From positions 96,001 to 160,000 of the IMG/VR virus record IMGVR_UViG_3300046786_000293: a stretch of 64,000 bases of DNA, one strand, 5' to 3'. The first letter of the stretch is position 1. Each line of letters opens with the position of its first letter. The notes under the pieces are model-generated. The model searched no databases. It was not told the DNA's origin and was given only the letters and a program-made list of their open reading frames with translations. Origin of the DNA: a virus. Taxonomy: Duplodnaviria; Caudoviricetes. Positions 43,312 through 55,000 of the stretch are shown one piece after another. The translations under genes and the position numbers were made by a program.

Positions 43312-44686
43312 TTTTAGGCTTTTGCCCTTTTTTCTTCATTGAAATAGCAATTGCGGCTTGTTGTGCGGGACTACCTGTTTCGTTTACACTTTCCGCAGGC
43401 ACGCAGTTATTAACTCTGACTCCACCCTTCATTTTTGTTTTAGGGTTGCCAATCTTTTTGCCTGCCCAGCACTTAGGATCTAGGCGTACTTTTTCTTCAG
43501 CAATTACTCGTTCTGCGTGTTCGATAAGATTACGCATGTCTTCAATGCTTTCGCAGTTCCAACGGCGTAGAGCCTTATTGATTGGACTATCCGGATCTCT
43601 TTTTGTTTTAGCAGAAGCGTGTGCTTTCTTCATGCCTGACATACGGGCACAGAAACTCTTGCGGCGTTTAGCACTCTTGCTGCCTTTTTTAAGTTTGCTT
43701 GGCTTTGTTGTAACAGCAGTCTTTAACTTAGATCCCGGATGTTCGCGACGATAGGCTTTGACTGCTTTGCGGCTCATGCCGTCAGTCTTGTCACGCTTGT
43801 TGACTTTCTGCCAATCTTCTGCCAAGTTTGCCTGTTGTACATAGGATTCTAGCTCATCGTGCATGATTTGTAATTCTTTGGGATTGGCCTCGGCAATGAT
43901 GCTGTCTAAATCCCCTTCGTACTCATCCCAATATTGTGAAAATATAGGGCTGTCATTATAAAAATATTCAAATTCATCATCGCCAGCGTCGTAGATCTTT
44001 TGACACAATGCTTTGATAGCATTACCAATGTTGCCTTCCGCTAAACCTTGCTTCTTCAAATAGCCGTATGCACTTACAAAGTCACTGGGGAAATCTTCAT
44101 CACGGAACATACCTTGTGCCCTTGATCCTAATTCTCCTTTGGCTATGTTATAACCAAGATTTAGTATTTCATTCTCATCTGTGAGATTAGGATTTATATC
44201 AAATGTTTGTTGTGCTAGTTGTTCGTAGTAGTAAGCACCAAACTCGGAGCCTTCCGCCACACTTTGCTGACTTTGTGCTTTTTCAGCAGCTTGAATTTGG
44301 CGCCATAGATTATTCAATTGGCCGCCCATGGCGCGAGCTTTACGTTCACTGTCAGATAAATTTTGTTCACGGTCAGCATATTGCCAATTGCTACCGCCTA
44401 ATGCTTTGTATTCGTCTCGCATACGTGCATATTCAGCTTTGAGCTCAGGCAATCTAGCAACTAAGTCTGCAAGTTGTTGTTCTTGCTCTGCTTTTCTCGC
44501 TCGTTCATCACGTGCCTTAACTCGCTCTAAGCCGCGCTCACGTTTGTTAAATGTAGTAAGAGCGCCGGCACGTTCTTCTGGACTTTTACCAAACATCGCA
44601 CTCATACCAGCTTGTGCTCTTTGCATTGTAGCTTTTTTACGATAGTCGCCTAAGCTAACTTCAGTGATGACGTCATTTACTTTCAT
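43301..44686 (-). CDS. Modular putative head polyprotein
   Basis: MKVNDVITE start; basic modules separated by (V/L/I)AE. Confidence 0.6.
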   Translation of the reverse strand: MKVNDVITEVSLGDYRKKATMQRAQAGMSAMFGKSPEERAGALTTFNKRERGLERVKARDERARKAEQEQQLADLVARLPELKAEYARMRDEYKALGGSNWQYADREQNLSDSERKARAMGGQLNNLWRQIQAAEKAQSQQSVAEGSEFGAYYYEQLAQQTFDINPNLTDENEILNLGYNIAKGELGSRAQGMFRDEDFPSDFVSAYGYLKKQGLAEGNIGNAIKALCQKIYDAGDDEFEYFYNDSPIFSQYWDEYEGDLDSIIAEANPKELQIMHDELESYVQQANLAEDWQKVNKRDKTDGMSRKAVKAYRREHPGSKLKTAVTTKPSKLKKGSKSAKRRKSFCARMSGMKKAHASAKTKRDPDSPINKALRRWNCESIEDMRNLIEHAERVIAEEKVRLDPKCWAGKKIGNPKTKMKGGVRVNNCVPAESVNETGSPAQQAAIAISMKKKGQKPKNEN

Positions 44687-46968
44687 TTTTTAACCTTAAT
44701 ACCTTCGTATTCTTTGATTAATTTTAAGCTCATACTTTCTTTCATGGCTTTCGGATTGTCACCAAATTGATAACCATGCTTGGTCATTTTCTTTTCTTGT
44801 CCTGCAACATCGCCGTCGCCGCCTTTTGTTAGTACTTGGGTTGGCATTACGTGTTCTTCTGGAGTTGTATTAGCATGATAACGTTCGTCTTTGGCTTCTT
44901 TAGTAGCAATAGGATCTTTTCCGCCAGCAGGAGCAGGCATAGATGCTCCTAGTTTTTTGGCTTGGTCAACACTACTAGCACCACTTGGATTTGGAACTGG
45001 GATTAAATTTTCATCAACTTCTTCCTCATCTGTGCTAACAACCATTACACCTTCTGGTTCTGCATGATTATGTGCTTCGTGACCTTCGTGTTCGCCCATA
45101 CCTGCTAGTTTTAGCATTTGCATTAGTTCTAATGCAGAGTCGCCGTCAGCAGTAATTGTAACACTCTTATGTCCATCGCTGTCCATACTTGTATTAATAT
45201 TCATCTTGCCTTGTTGCTGTTCCATGTCTTGTACAGCACCACTGATTGGGCTCATACCGCACTCTTGCAATCCTGCTAGTTTACGGAATAGATTTAAAGA
45301 TTCAGATACTTTATCATCGCACTTGCATTTGCTTTCGTACATTCCGCATTCCATGCACTTAGACTCGTTCAATTCTTCTTCGTTTTCACGAACTTGTTCC
45401 ATATCCCCGTCGCCGTCTAAGTCTGCTTGTTTCTTACCAGCAGCACGTGCCTTAGCTAATTGGCCGCTAAAGTAGTTTCCTTCTTCCATGTCCTCTTCTT
45501 CTTTAGCAACTTCTGGATTTTGAGGAACCGGTACTGGCTTTTCTCCTGCTTTAGGAGCATCCGCCTGCCATGTGCCTTGCTTAACAGTTCCTGTGGGTGT
45601 TGTTGGCTTGGTGCCAGTTAGTTTGTCAAACATTTTTGGGTCACTGCTTTGCATCCACTTCTGAGCATCTTTAGGCTGAATAGGAGCTGCCGATCCTTGT
45701 GCGTCGTCGAACAATTTTGTAAATGTTTCGACAATCATATTTGTTGCCATAGAACGGCTTTCAAACGCACTTTTCTTAGGACGACCACGACCGCGCTTTA
45801 CTTGCTCGCCGTCGGCGCCTGTTTCTGTTTCACCAGTCTTAGGATCATAACGACGTGTGTGCTTTACGCCTGTAGATGTCTTTTCAATTTCACCTTTGGC
45901 GCCTTGACGCTTTTCGCCTGTCTTCATTCCGCTTTGAGCACGGTCCTTAACAGACTTCATCATCTCGTCCCAACCTTCAACAATTTGCTCTTTAGTAAAG
46001 CCTGCTTCAAACATAGCTCTAACTGCTTCTTCTACTTTGCCTTTGTTGTGTGCTTTCCAAGCAGTAGCATAAGCAATGGATTTTTCTTTTGGTGTAATCT
46101 TACCGTCTTTAGCATATCCTTTTTTGATATGCTTGACCATGCGCTCTGCCTTTTCTCCTGGAGGTGCTACTTCATCCATTTTATCGTGATGGGCACGAAT
46201 TGAAGCCATTTTCTCTTTACTTGCGCCTTCGCGGCCGGCTTTTTGCAGAGCTTTCATACCTTGTTCACCGTATTTCTTTTTACCAAGATATGCTTGTAGT
46301 GCGCTTTCATCCATTTCGGATTCTTCTACACTTTCTTTGGCACGTAGTTTTGCTAGTACTGCACCGGCAACTTTCTCGCCGCGCTCTTTGCTACCATAAC
46401 GCTCGGCAGCACCTTTAGCAATCTTTTCAAAGTTCTTACCAGGCTTGCCAATGTCTTTACCGGCACGTGCCTTCTTGGCACTGTAATCTGTTTCTTTAAC
46501 TTCTGCGGCATCGATGGCATTATCAACTGCACGAACATCTGCTTGTTGTGCAGGTGCTGGGTCTGGAGTCATTGAACTTTTGGCCATTTGTGCAAGTTTT
46601 TTGGCTTGATCGGTGGCAATAACTGCGGCGCCTGTATTAATTACTGCTTTATCTAAGGGTTTTAAATTCTTAAGGCTGCTACCAAGTTTGCCTTCTTTAA
46701 CTTTTGCATCTTTCTTTTTACCGCCCATTTCATCTTTACCAAGACGACCTGCAATGACATCGCCACGAGTTACTTTATCGTAAGGCTTGGCATTGTTGGC
46801 TAAGTTACCGTCATTTTTCTTTTCAGCAACTAACTTACGTGACAATACTTGCTCCATGCTTTCTTGTAACTTTGTTGTAGCCTTGGGCTGTTTTTGTGTA
46901 GCAGGCTTTGCGGGCTCTTGAGCTACCTTATTAAAATTGTTTAGAATGTTATAAATGTTATCGCTCAT
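44683..46968 (-). CDS. Modular Lys-rich putative head/core polyprotein
   Basis: About 20 hydrophobic-x-E junctions; AT-hook-like KRGRGRPKK. Confidence 0.6.
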   Translation of the reverse strand: MSDNIYNILNNFNKVAQEPAKPATQKQPKATTKLQESMEQVLSRKLVAEKKNDGNLANNAKPYDKVTRGDVIAGRLGKDEMGGKKKDAKVKEGKLGSSLKNLKPLDKAVINTGAAVIATDQAKKLAQMAKSSMTPDPAPAQQADVRAVDNAIDAAEVKETDYSAKKARAGKDIGKPGKNFEKIAKGAAERYGSKERGEKVAGAVLAKLRAKESVEESEMDESALQAYLGKKKYGEQGMKALQKAGREGASKEKMASIRAHHDKMDEVAPPGEKAERMVKHIKKGYAKDGKITPKEKSIAYATAWKAHNKGKVEEAVRAMFEAGFTKEQIVEGWDEMMKSVKDRAQSGMKTGEKRQGAKGEIEKTSTGVKHTRRYDPKTGETETGADGEQVKRGRGRPKKSAFESRSMATNMIVETFTKLFDDAQGSAAPIQPKDAQKWMQSSDPKMFDKLTGTKPTTPTGTVKQGTWQADAPKAGEKPVPVPQNPEVAKEEEDMEEGNYFSGQLAKARAAGKKQADLDGDGDMEQVRENEEELNESKCMECGMYESKCKCDDKVSESLNLFRKLAGLQECGMSPISGAVQDMEQQQGKMNINTSMDSDGHKSVTITADGDSALELMQMLKLAGMGEHEGHEAHNHAEPEGVMVVSTDEEEVDENLIPVPNPSGASSVDQAKKLGASMPAPAGGKDPIATKEAKDERYHANTTPEEHVMPTQVLTKGGDGDVAGQEKKMTKHGYQFGDNPKAMKESMSLKLIKEYEGIKVKK

Positions 46969-46970
46969 GA

Positions 46971-47618
46971 TTATTTTCCGTTTCCTGCTTTCATACTACG
47001 TGGGTTAATTATTTTGTTCTTATGTGTACCCACTGGGCTTGCATTGCCTTGCGGTAACTGGTTTGTTGTGCCTTGGCTCATAAAACTTTTATTAGTCTCT
47101 TTGCCGCCAGCAACGTCTGGATATGTATACTTGCGAGTTTCTTCTAATTCTTTAATTAGATCTGGAATACGTGCATCACCTACTAAAGCATCTCCATCTT
47201 TGCCAGGACGCTCACGCTCCATGTTATCTTGAAGTAGAACTGCTTCACCTGGCTTGCCACCTAAATTACTAACTTCTGTTCCATCCATGATTGCTTCGTA
47301 TGGACTGTTAGAAGGAGTTACTTTGATACAAGCAAGACTTAGACCTGCACGCTCTGCAATCAATGTACGAACTTGTTCGTCGTTGCAAGGATAGCAAAGG
47401 CAAACATCAATGATGTTAACTTCTACAGGACCCATGTTAGGAAACTCTGGAGTTTCTTGGATTGGTAATCTTTTTGTGGCGCTGACTTTTTCTACTTTGT
47501 AGGCTTCTAACACACCCTTAATTTTGTTAAGCATGTCGTTAGGTAGCTCGCCAGCGATTCTTAGTCTAAAATCAAACGTTTTTGCTGATTCAGTAAGATA
47601 GGCTTTAAATGCTTTCAT
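46971..47618 (-). CDS. Conserved virion hypothetical protein
   Basis: MKAFKAYLTES start; TAAATA upstream. Confidence 0.65.
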   Translation of the reverse strand: MKAFKAYLTESAKTFDFRLRIAGELPNDMLNKIKGVLEAYKVEKVSATKRLPIQETPEFPNMGPVEVNIIDVCLCYPCNDEQVRTLIAERAGLSLACIKVTPSNSPYEAIMDGTEVSNLGGKPGEAVLLQDNMERERPGKDGDALVGDARIPDLIKELEETRKYTYPDVAGGKETNKSFMSQGTTNQLPQGNASPVGTHKNKIINPRSMKAGNGK

Positions 47619-47657
47619 ACGTGTTCCTATTATTAGATATTTAGCAGTTTTTGGGAT

Positions 47658-48146
47658 TTATCTGGGTTTGTTTAAAATTTGAGCCAATAAAGTATTGCGG
47701 TCTACTACCATACCTTCTCCCTCTACTGCATTAGCAGGTGCATCTCCTGCTTGCTTCAATTGATGGTCTAATCGCATCTTTTTTAGTTGCAAATCGACCA
47801 TGCGTAATTTTTTATCTAGTTTGGCTTGTTTAGCAGAGATGGCGTGCCCCAATAATACCCCTGCTGTCTGGAATACTTGTCCGCTAAAACGTGCTTCCAT
47901 AGCCATTCCCAAATCCATCAAATCATTGAACTTATCTTTAGCCAAGTTGGCTAGCTCGTCCATTTCATCATCGCTAGCATCCAGGCCTTTAACGCTAGGT
48001 AGTGCTTGATCTATTTTATCAATGGCATTGTCTATGTCTTTAAAAACTTCTTGATGTTCTGCAAGGGCTTCAGTGGCTTGCTCGGGCGTTGTGTCTTCCG
48101 GAAGGGCCGAAGGCAAATTGAATAATTCTTCAAGTTTTTTTGTCAT
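47658..48146 (-). CDS. Possible terminase small subunit
   Basis: Two long amphipathic helices then a DRN.LL motif, reminiscent of T4 gp16. Confidence 0.45.
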   Translation of the reverse strand: MTKKLEELFNLPSALPEDTTPEQATEALAEHQEVFKDIDNAIDKIDQALPSVKGLDASDDEMDELANLAKDKFNDLMDLGMAMEARFSGQVFQTAGVLLGHAISAKQAKLDKKLRMVDLQLKKMRLDHQLKQAGDAPANAVEGEGMVVDRNTLLAQILNKPR

Positions 48147-48154
48147 GCCAATAT

Positions 48155-48589
48155 TTACCGTTTTTTACCTTGGTGGAAAAGTTCGTTTTCAGTCACGACT
48201 CTAAAAGTTAAACCCTGTGCGGCACAAAACTTACGGGCAGCATCCCATTTGCACATGTTAAGTGCGGCTGCGGCTTTGTCTCTGTTACTGCGAGCACCTT
48301 CTAAAGTAGTTTCCTTGCTAGGTTTTATTTCAACTACTTCAGCGTGTTTTTTACCATTTGCATCTACGTAGACCATTAGAAAATCTGGAACATAAATTGT
48401 GTTTTTACCTGTAAATGGATTTCTGTAGTTGACATGCAATGCTTCACTGGCCCAGTGTAATACATTAGGATGAGTGTCCAAGAATTGCATCATACGAAAT
48501 TCCCATGAACTGCGATAAGTTGGGGTTCCTTTCCCCACATATTTGGCAGGATTTAATATTTCGTATTTTCCTTGACTGTACTTGGACAT
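48155..48589 (-). CDS. Head completion nuclease (T4 gp4-like, TnsA-like)
   Basis: YRSSWE, Y.PDF, EIKP, KW.AA..C..F.VVTE. Confidence 0.8.
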   Translation of the reverse strand: MSKYSQGKYEILNPAKYVGKGTPTYRSSWEFRMMQFLDTHPNVLHWASEALHVNYRNPFTGKNTIYVPDFLMVYVDANGKKHAEVVEIKPSKETTLEGARSNRDKAAAALNMCKWDAARKFCAAQGLTFRVVTENELFHQGKKR

Positions 48590-48993
48590 TATATAACTAT
48601 CATTCTTGTAACATAAGGATTAGGCTGAACTACATTTCTTACACCTAATAGACTTGTTGGTACTCTAGAAATATTCAAATATAATGCTAATGAGGCATTA
48701 AGATTACCAGCACCCAGTTGTTGAAATTGATTTAATACTGCTAATGGGTCTTCACGTTGACTTTGTGCTGTATTAATAAATGCTTGTGCAAGTACTACCG
48801 CAGTATCGTAACTTCCTGTTTGTTGTGTGAAAAAACTTATGATAGAATCATTAGTACTTTCATTTACTGTATAGTCAGGTATAAAAAAATTATTAAAGAA
48901 TCTAGTAGTCTTCGTTACGCCGCTAGTACCTGTATTACTAGGCTCTTGCGGGTTATATTGAGGATTTATTTGTTCATTAACTACGTTTGCCAT
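48589..48993 (-). CDS. Hypothetical structural protein
   Basis: 134-aa ORF in the tail operon. Confidence 0.6.
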   Translation of the reverse strand: MANVVNEQINPQYNPQEPSNTGTSGVTKTTRFFNNFFIPDYTVNESTNDSIISFFTQQTGSYDTAVVLAQAFINTAQSQREDPLAVLNQFQQLGAGNLNASLALYLNISRVPTSLLGVRNVVQPNPYVTRMIVI

Positions 48994-49002
48994 ACATTAC
49001 CT

Positions 49003-51360
49003 TTACACAAATGCGGTTCCATCATCATAACCAACATCATAACTATCACTTGGGCCTTCTGCACTATTATTGATATCAGGATCTATTCCACCTTCTGTGC
49101 TTATCATTGTATCATTGCCTGCTAATATAGGATTGCCGGACCCATCTGTCCACACTGTACCGTACGGCGGACTTACTGCGGCAGTATCTCTATTTTCCCC
49201 TGGGCTTCCGTTAAACCAAGATCCAAAGAAGTTACTATTTGCACCTGGTATAGTAGATATTACTTTTCCATTTTCATCTGTGTAAGTAATACCACCTGTT
49301 TTGTCAGTAATGGCAAATCCACCTTCTTCTAATGGAGTTTTACTTACAATATTTTCAGTTGGACTATTCGGATCGTATTTGCCCCCATTAGTCCAACTGC
49401 TGAATACATTTTTAATACTGCCTGTTGCGCTGTCCCAACCTTGAGATATCGACCCAGTAAGACCATTTAATATAGGCTGTAATCCGTTATTAATTGCACG
49501 AGCAGTATACATGCCCGCAACACCACTAACTACTCCGCTTACAGTTTGTCCTACTAGTGACTTTCCAAGGAATGTTTTGTTTAATGCTTGATTAATCGAA
49601 CTGCCAACAGTAAATCCGCCTGCAGCGCCAACTGTGCCAGATAAACTATTTGTAATTAACGCAGATGTTGAGTTGCCTACTGTATAAGTAACTCCGGTTC
49701 TTGGATCTGTGTACAATTGAGGACTATTCGGATTTACTGTTTGTCCTTGTGCTATCAAATCTCTAGTATTTGCTGGGTTAGTATTGATATTTTGACTGTA
49801 AGGTAAATTACCAGGCACATAGGCAACTTGTTGATTATTTTGATTAAAGACTACTTGTGTGCCGTCTTTATAATACCAAACCTCAACTGGATTGTTTGAC
49901 TCGTCATATGTTGTTTGTTTAGCCTGGACGTTTAATTCTCTGTTAGATGCATAGTATTTGCCATCTTGTGTTCCGTAAGAACTAAACTGTTGTACTATTT
50001 GTCCGTTATCGTTTAACACTATTGCATTTGATGTTCCTGTATAAACTTGTCCCGATTGCGGATTTACAGAAATATATCCCGATGTAGGCCCTGCTTGATA
50101 TACTGCATTATTTCCAGGATAACCACCAAATGTGCTGTTTATACCTCGAGTAAAATTGGATGCTGCTTGATTTAATACTCCTGTAGTAGTGTTTATAGCG
50201 GCTCCTTGTGCAGATGCAACTATTGCTGCGCCTAAACTTACCGAAGTTCCTGCCGCATAAGGATTAAGTGCATAAGACGGTCGACCTGGTATTGAAGAGG
50301 TTGCAGTGCCTGCACCACCCAATCCACCTAATGTAGGGAATATAGAATTAACGCCCGAATTAATTGCACCATTCAAAATTCCTAAACCTAACTGCGGTAT
50401 TGCCTTTTTTGCCAGTGCACCAAGATTTGCATTTTTTATATTATTATAAAACTGATATGCTCCAATGATTTGACTGAAAATTCCCGAACCTGCCCCATAT
50501 CCGTCAGGTCTACTTAAATCTGTAGGACCGCCTGCTAATGCTCCAATTAATCCACCTTCTGTGTAGATATTTGTAGTGCTTGTAGAAATTGGGCTTTGGA
50601 CATTATCATAGTGTAGTAACGCAAAACCGTTTACGTCAACTGCATTTATAAAACCTGTTCTATATTTTACAGTTTCGTAACTGAGAGTCATAGTATTTTC
50701 TAATATACCAGTATCACCATAGCTGTTATGTTCACCGTGTCTCCAACTTGTTATAAACGGATTGATTAAAGTGTATTCTGTAAAACGCTTATTGTGTAAA
50801 CTGTAAATTTGAATGTTTCTTAAGAATGCTTTTAAGTTTCCGTTTCTAGGACTATATCCCCATTTTTCTCTAAGTCGAGGTTGATATTTGTGTTTAGCAA
50901 GATATGTGCCAGTTTGATAATCACTGTCCCTATAATAATAGGTGTAATAATCATTCCAAAATCTCGTCACTACATCTGCGGCATCGTCATGAAACACAAT
51001 AGTAATAGGATCGTAACTTATATGAGTTTGTATAATATTTTTCCTATTATACGCATTCATAGTTTTTGTATTCAATGTAAACTTTGGTAAGTCTACACGT
51101 TTAGCCATTAAGCCTGCTTCGTATTGTTCTATTAGCGTTTCACTGCTGACTGGTTCTGTAGCATTTAGTGTGTTAATAATACCGTTTAAGATATTTTGCA
51201 AAATATCACTGTCAACGTTAATACAAACATAGTAGAGAAAACTTTGTTTAGGAGCAAGCCTAAAATTGTCTCTTACAAATAGTGTTGTGGCATGATCATA
51301 AGGATGAGTAGTATCACCCGGTGCCAACGGCTTTAAGTCTGCGTTATATAAAGAGGCCAT
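49003..51360 (-). CDS. Tail-tube-like baseplate protein with a long G/N/T-rich extension
   Basis: VDLPK..YN....YDPITIVFHDD..W (gp19/gp48/gp54-like) N-terminus. Confidence 0.6.
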   Translation of the reverse strand: MASLYNADLKPLAPGDTTHPYDHATTLFVRDNFRLAPKQSFLYYVCINVDSDILQNILNGIINTLNATEPVSSETLIEQYEAGLMAKRVDLPKFTLNTKTMNAYNRKNIIQTHISYDPITIVFHDDAADVVTRFWNDYYTYYYRDSDYQTGTYLAKHKYQPRLREKWGYSPRNGNLKAFLRNIQIYSLHNKRFTEYTLINPFITSWRHGEHNSYGDTGILENTMTLSYETVKYRTGFINAVDVNGFALLHYDNVQSPISTSTTNIYTEGGLIGALAGGPTDLSRPDGYGAGSGIFSQIIGAYQFYNNIKNANLGALAKKAIPQLGLGILNGAINSGVNSIFPTLGGLGGAGTATSSIPGRPSYALNPYAAGTSVSLGAAIVASAQGAAINTTTGVLNQAASNFTRGINSTFGGYPGNNAVYQAGPTSGYISVNPQSGQVYTGTSNAIVLNDNGQIVQQFSSYGTQDGKYYASNRELNVQAKQTTYDESNNPVEVWYYKDGTQVVFNQNNQQVAYVPGNLPYSQNINTNPANTRDLIAQGQTVNPNSPQLYTDPRTGVTYTVGNSTSALITNSLSGTVGAAGGFTVGSSINQALNKTFLGKSLVGQTVSGVVSGVAGMYTARAINNGLQPILNGLTGSISQGWDSATGSIKNVFSSWTNGGKYDPNSPTENIVSKTPLEEGGFAITDKTGGITYTDENGKVISTIPGANSNFFGSWFNGSPGENRDTAAVSPPYGTVWTDGSGNPILAGNDTMISTEGGIDPDINNSAEGPSDSYDVGYDDGTAFV

Positions 51361-51365
51361 AAAGA

Positions 51366-51371
51366 TATTTA
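51366..51371 (-). promoter_or_regulatory. Putative late promoter TAAATA (T4 late-like); representative of a recurrent motif
   Basis: Also just upstream of genes at 8205, 23610(+), 40523, 42119(+), 47638, 48152, 55343, 57586, 59569(+). Confidence 0.6.
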
Positions 51372-51375
51372 TCTA

Positions 51376-51406
51376 ATAAAAAAGCCCGCCGAAGCGGGCT
51401 TGTTTT
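51376..51406. terminator. Intrinsic terminator
   Basis: AAGCCCGC-CGAA-GCGGGCTT flanked by A/T runs. Confidence 0.8.
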
Positions 51407-51418
51407 AGTGTTAAAAAA

Positions 51419-52036
51419 TTAACCTGTTGTAACACCACCGTTAGTACGAGTAACCTCATTACCGACTCCACCCGGAGTTGTTGTTTGTAATGCATTATCG
51501 TATCTTAAAGTTAGTGTAATTGTCATAGGATCATTACTGCTATAATCAGCATCTCCATAAGCAACACTACTCAAGAAACAACCGTATAGTTGCCATGTTT
51601 CTAGCACTGTTGGTTCAATTGTTCCGTTTGCACCGTCTAGCATTTCTAAAGTTGTTGTGAACTTATAGTCAATACCAGAACTTGCACTAGCCTGTTCCAT
51701 AAAGTCAAATTGCTTTTGTAGCTGTTCACCAACTAAACGACTTACGTTACCGCCTGCATCATCACGTAGAACAACCTGACTTGTGCTCCAAGTTGGACGT
51801 CCTGCAATGTAGATACGGCTGTTGTAAATTGGTAGTTCAACTGGAGCCATTTCAACAGTTGGTCTAGCAAAACTTACTATCTGTTTTGTTAGTTCTGTTT
51901 TAGGGTTACTGACACCAAAATTATCAAAAGTTGCGCGGAAGCGAAACTTTAATTTAGGCATTAGCAAGCCCTGATTAGTTGCACTTTGGTTTCCACCAAG
52001 TGGAACGGTGAATCTTGTTAAAGATGAAACTGCCAT
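51419..52036 (-). CDS. gp19: Tail tube protein (T4 gp19-like)
   Basis: ARPT, YIAGRPTW, TWQLYGCF..YS.ND..ITLTLRYD; start MAVSS at 52036. Confidence 0.85.
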   Translation of the reverse strand: MAVSSLTRFTVPLGGNQSATNQGLLMPKLKFRFRATFDNFGVSNPKTELTKQIVSFARPTVEMAPVELPIYNSRIYIAGRPTWSTSQVVLRDDAGGNVSRLVGEQLQKQFDFMEQASASSGIDYKFTTTLEMLDGANGTIEPTVLETWQLYGCFLSSVAYGDADYSSNDPMTITLTLRYDNALQTTTPGGVGNEVTRTNGGVTTG

Positions 52037-52037
52037 A

Positions 52038-55000
52038 TTATGCTCCTGTTCCTGTAGCATTAGCGGATGCTAAATTGCCACTCTGTATTTCGCCTGCGTT
52101 CTTTATTCTAATTGGGATGTAGATGAATTCCACAGCCTTTGTTGGCTGTATAGCAATGTCTACAAACAATTCATTTCTACTAATAGTGAACGGTGTGTTA
52201 TTTGTAGTATCGCAAACTACTAGGTAGTCTGTAATACCACGCTTGGCTACTAAGTCATTTAGTAAAGAATTACTTACAGCAATAACCTGTGCTCTTGTGA
52301 TTGGATCGTTAGGTTCAAATAAGAACGGTCTTACTGCTACATCTAAGTTCTTTCTAATGTAGTTAATTAAACGTGCTACATTAATACGATCCAACGATGT
52401 GTTGTCTGTAGCCAATGTTTTCTGCCCAAATACTGTAATACCTGTTCCGGGTAGTTTTGTAATCGGGTTAATCTTGTTGTTATACAATGTGTCACGTAGA
52501 CCTTGTGTAACTCCAATGCTTACAAACTCTCCCGAAGTACTGTTGATATAACCAATAGCACTTACGTTATCAACTATGCCTCTGCGTGTTCCAGCAGGTG
52601 CTAGCCATTGATAACTTACGTTGTCGCTACGCATAATTGTACGTAGCGCCATGTAACTTGGAGGTACAACGATACTGTTGCCGGCAAGGTCGTTTGTTTG
52701 GCCACTTGGATAGTACAATCCAACATATGGACTTACTGTGCTTGTGGATAAACCAACTTCACCTGTTTCTGTAGCATTTTCGTTGTTGTTTGCCCAACCT
52801 TGAATTGCTGTACCTGTAGCAGGTAATCGCATTGGTGTATCACCTACGATAAACGCAGTATTCTTGCGCTCGTCGTTTAGAGCAATCATGTTAGGAATTA
52901 ACTCTGGGTAACTTGGGCAAGCAATCAAGTTGAAGTTATTTTGATCTTCTCTTAATGATGTACTACTGTCGATAGTAGCTTTAAGAGCTGCAACAATAAC
53001 TCCGCGTGGTGCTTTACGTCCAAAGTTTGGAACACCAGTTGATTGATATCCGCTTACACTTACCCATGTGTCTGCACGACCTGGTAGTGTTTCGTTTGGA
53101 TATGCGGCTGATGTGAAATAACTTGTCTTGTATTGCTTTACATTGTAACCGCTTGCTCTTGTGTTAAACAATAGCATACCGCGTGGATATAAAGCAGCAT
53201 CGGGTGCATCTAAGTCAACATAATTGCTTAGTGCTAGACTTGCAATACTTGGAATTGCGCCAGTAACTGGATTTACGTTACCAGTTGTGCTCCAACGAGC
53301 ATCGCCAAATATAATACCGTTTTGACCAGTTGCATCAGTGTTATCAATTAAGACCCACTGACTTACTCCGTCAAGACTTTGCCAACGATATAGTTTTGGA
53401 TAGTTTTCTAGGTCGCTGGTGTCTAACCATAAATCACCAAATTCTAAATCAGTACCATCATCTTGTTCTGTTGGTTCTGCAGTACTAATAATAGGACCTG
53501 CTGTATTAGTTAATGTTAGATTATAACCACGGATGTCAGAACCTAATGTTCTATATCCCACCCATGCACTTCCGTTACTAATCATTATATCAGCGCGACT
53601 TGGTGTGTTATAATACCAATATGTATCATTTGCAGGTGCAACATAAGGTTGTGTTGCACTTACTGTGTAAGTTTCAACAGCCAATGGCTCCCAATTACTA
53701 ATGATTAAACTGTCACTGCCGCTTGTTGGATCAGCATAAACATTTGTACCAGATGTTGTAAATCCAACGTTAGCTAATGGACTACCTACTGTGTCAGTTA
53801 CAATCATATCGCCACCAAGTGCGTGTGTTAGAGAAACTGCTCCCGAACTTGTAACACTTGCGCTTACTGAAGGAATGTTTGCTGCCAATACAGCTTGTAC
53901 AAAACCAGTTACTGTTCCTGTAACAATCGATACTGTGTAAGTTGATGTATTAGCAGAAATTGCGCTTGGTCTTGTTTGTACTGTAAACTCGTTGCCCGAG
54001 CTCGGTGCAGCTGGACTTGTTGTAGCACCTGTGCCAACTGTGGCACCTGTACCAATACGATACCACAGTTGTGTACCAACTGTTGTGTTTCCAAATACGT
54101 TGTATTGAGCAAAAATAGATCCTGCCGATACATTTAAACCGCCGCCCGTTGGATCTAATCCGTATGTAGCTGCAAATACTGTGTCGTAATCATAAACATT
54201 TGCAGTGTCCCATAATTGTGTTACGCCATTAAATGTGCTTACAGAAACATTTAAACCACTACCCAATGTGCTTGCTTTTTGCCATACACTACCGGTAGGT
54301 CTTGGGATGGCAGAATCTGTTTGCCAGTCTGGAACACTATAGTAAGGAGCAATCTGTACAGCTCCGCAGGCATAATAACCAGCAGTTATACCAATAGTTG
54401 CTAATGGTGTTCCGCTGTTATTAGTAAGACGAACGATACCGTCTGGAGTCGATCCGTCACTCATTGCGTCTTCGTTACCGTAAACTACAATTTGACCGTT
54501 GACTACACTAGAACTTACACCTACTACGTTAGCATTATTAATAGCGGCGCTAATTGCAGTTGCATCGTCGCCTAGATAAAAACTTACTGTATCAGTGTTA
54601 ATATAGATAGAACTATTTGCAGTAATCTCTGGATTTACTGCAGAACCAGTAACTACTCCGACGCCGTCTTGCCACCCAATAGTTCCTACTAGATGCCATG
54701 TGTTGTCGTAACGCTTTTGGAATATAGGGTTTGTTGGATCTACTGTGTTAACAGCAAAATCTCCGATAGTACCAATATCAGTACTTGGTGTAAACTCGTC
54801 TACTGCTAATTCGTCTGTGCTTGTAATTACTCTAACTGATTGTAAACCAAACTCTTGTGTTGTTGCATTCCATACATAAACACCCCAATCTGTATCTGTA
54901 GTGTTTAACCAAAAAGAACCTGAACTTGGATTTGCAAGTGGTCGGGTAGTTGTGCCCTCTAATTGACTTAAATCAACGTCTGCTCGTTGAATATAAACTT

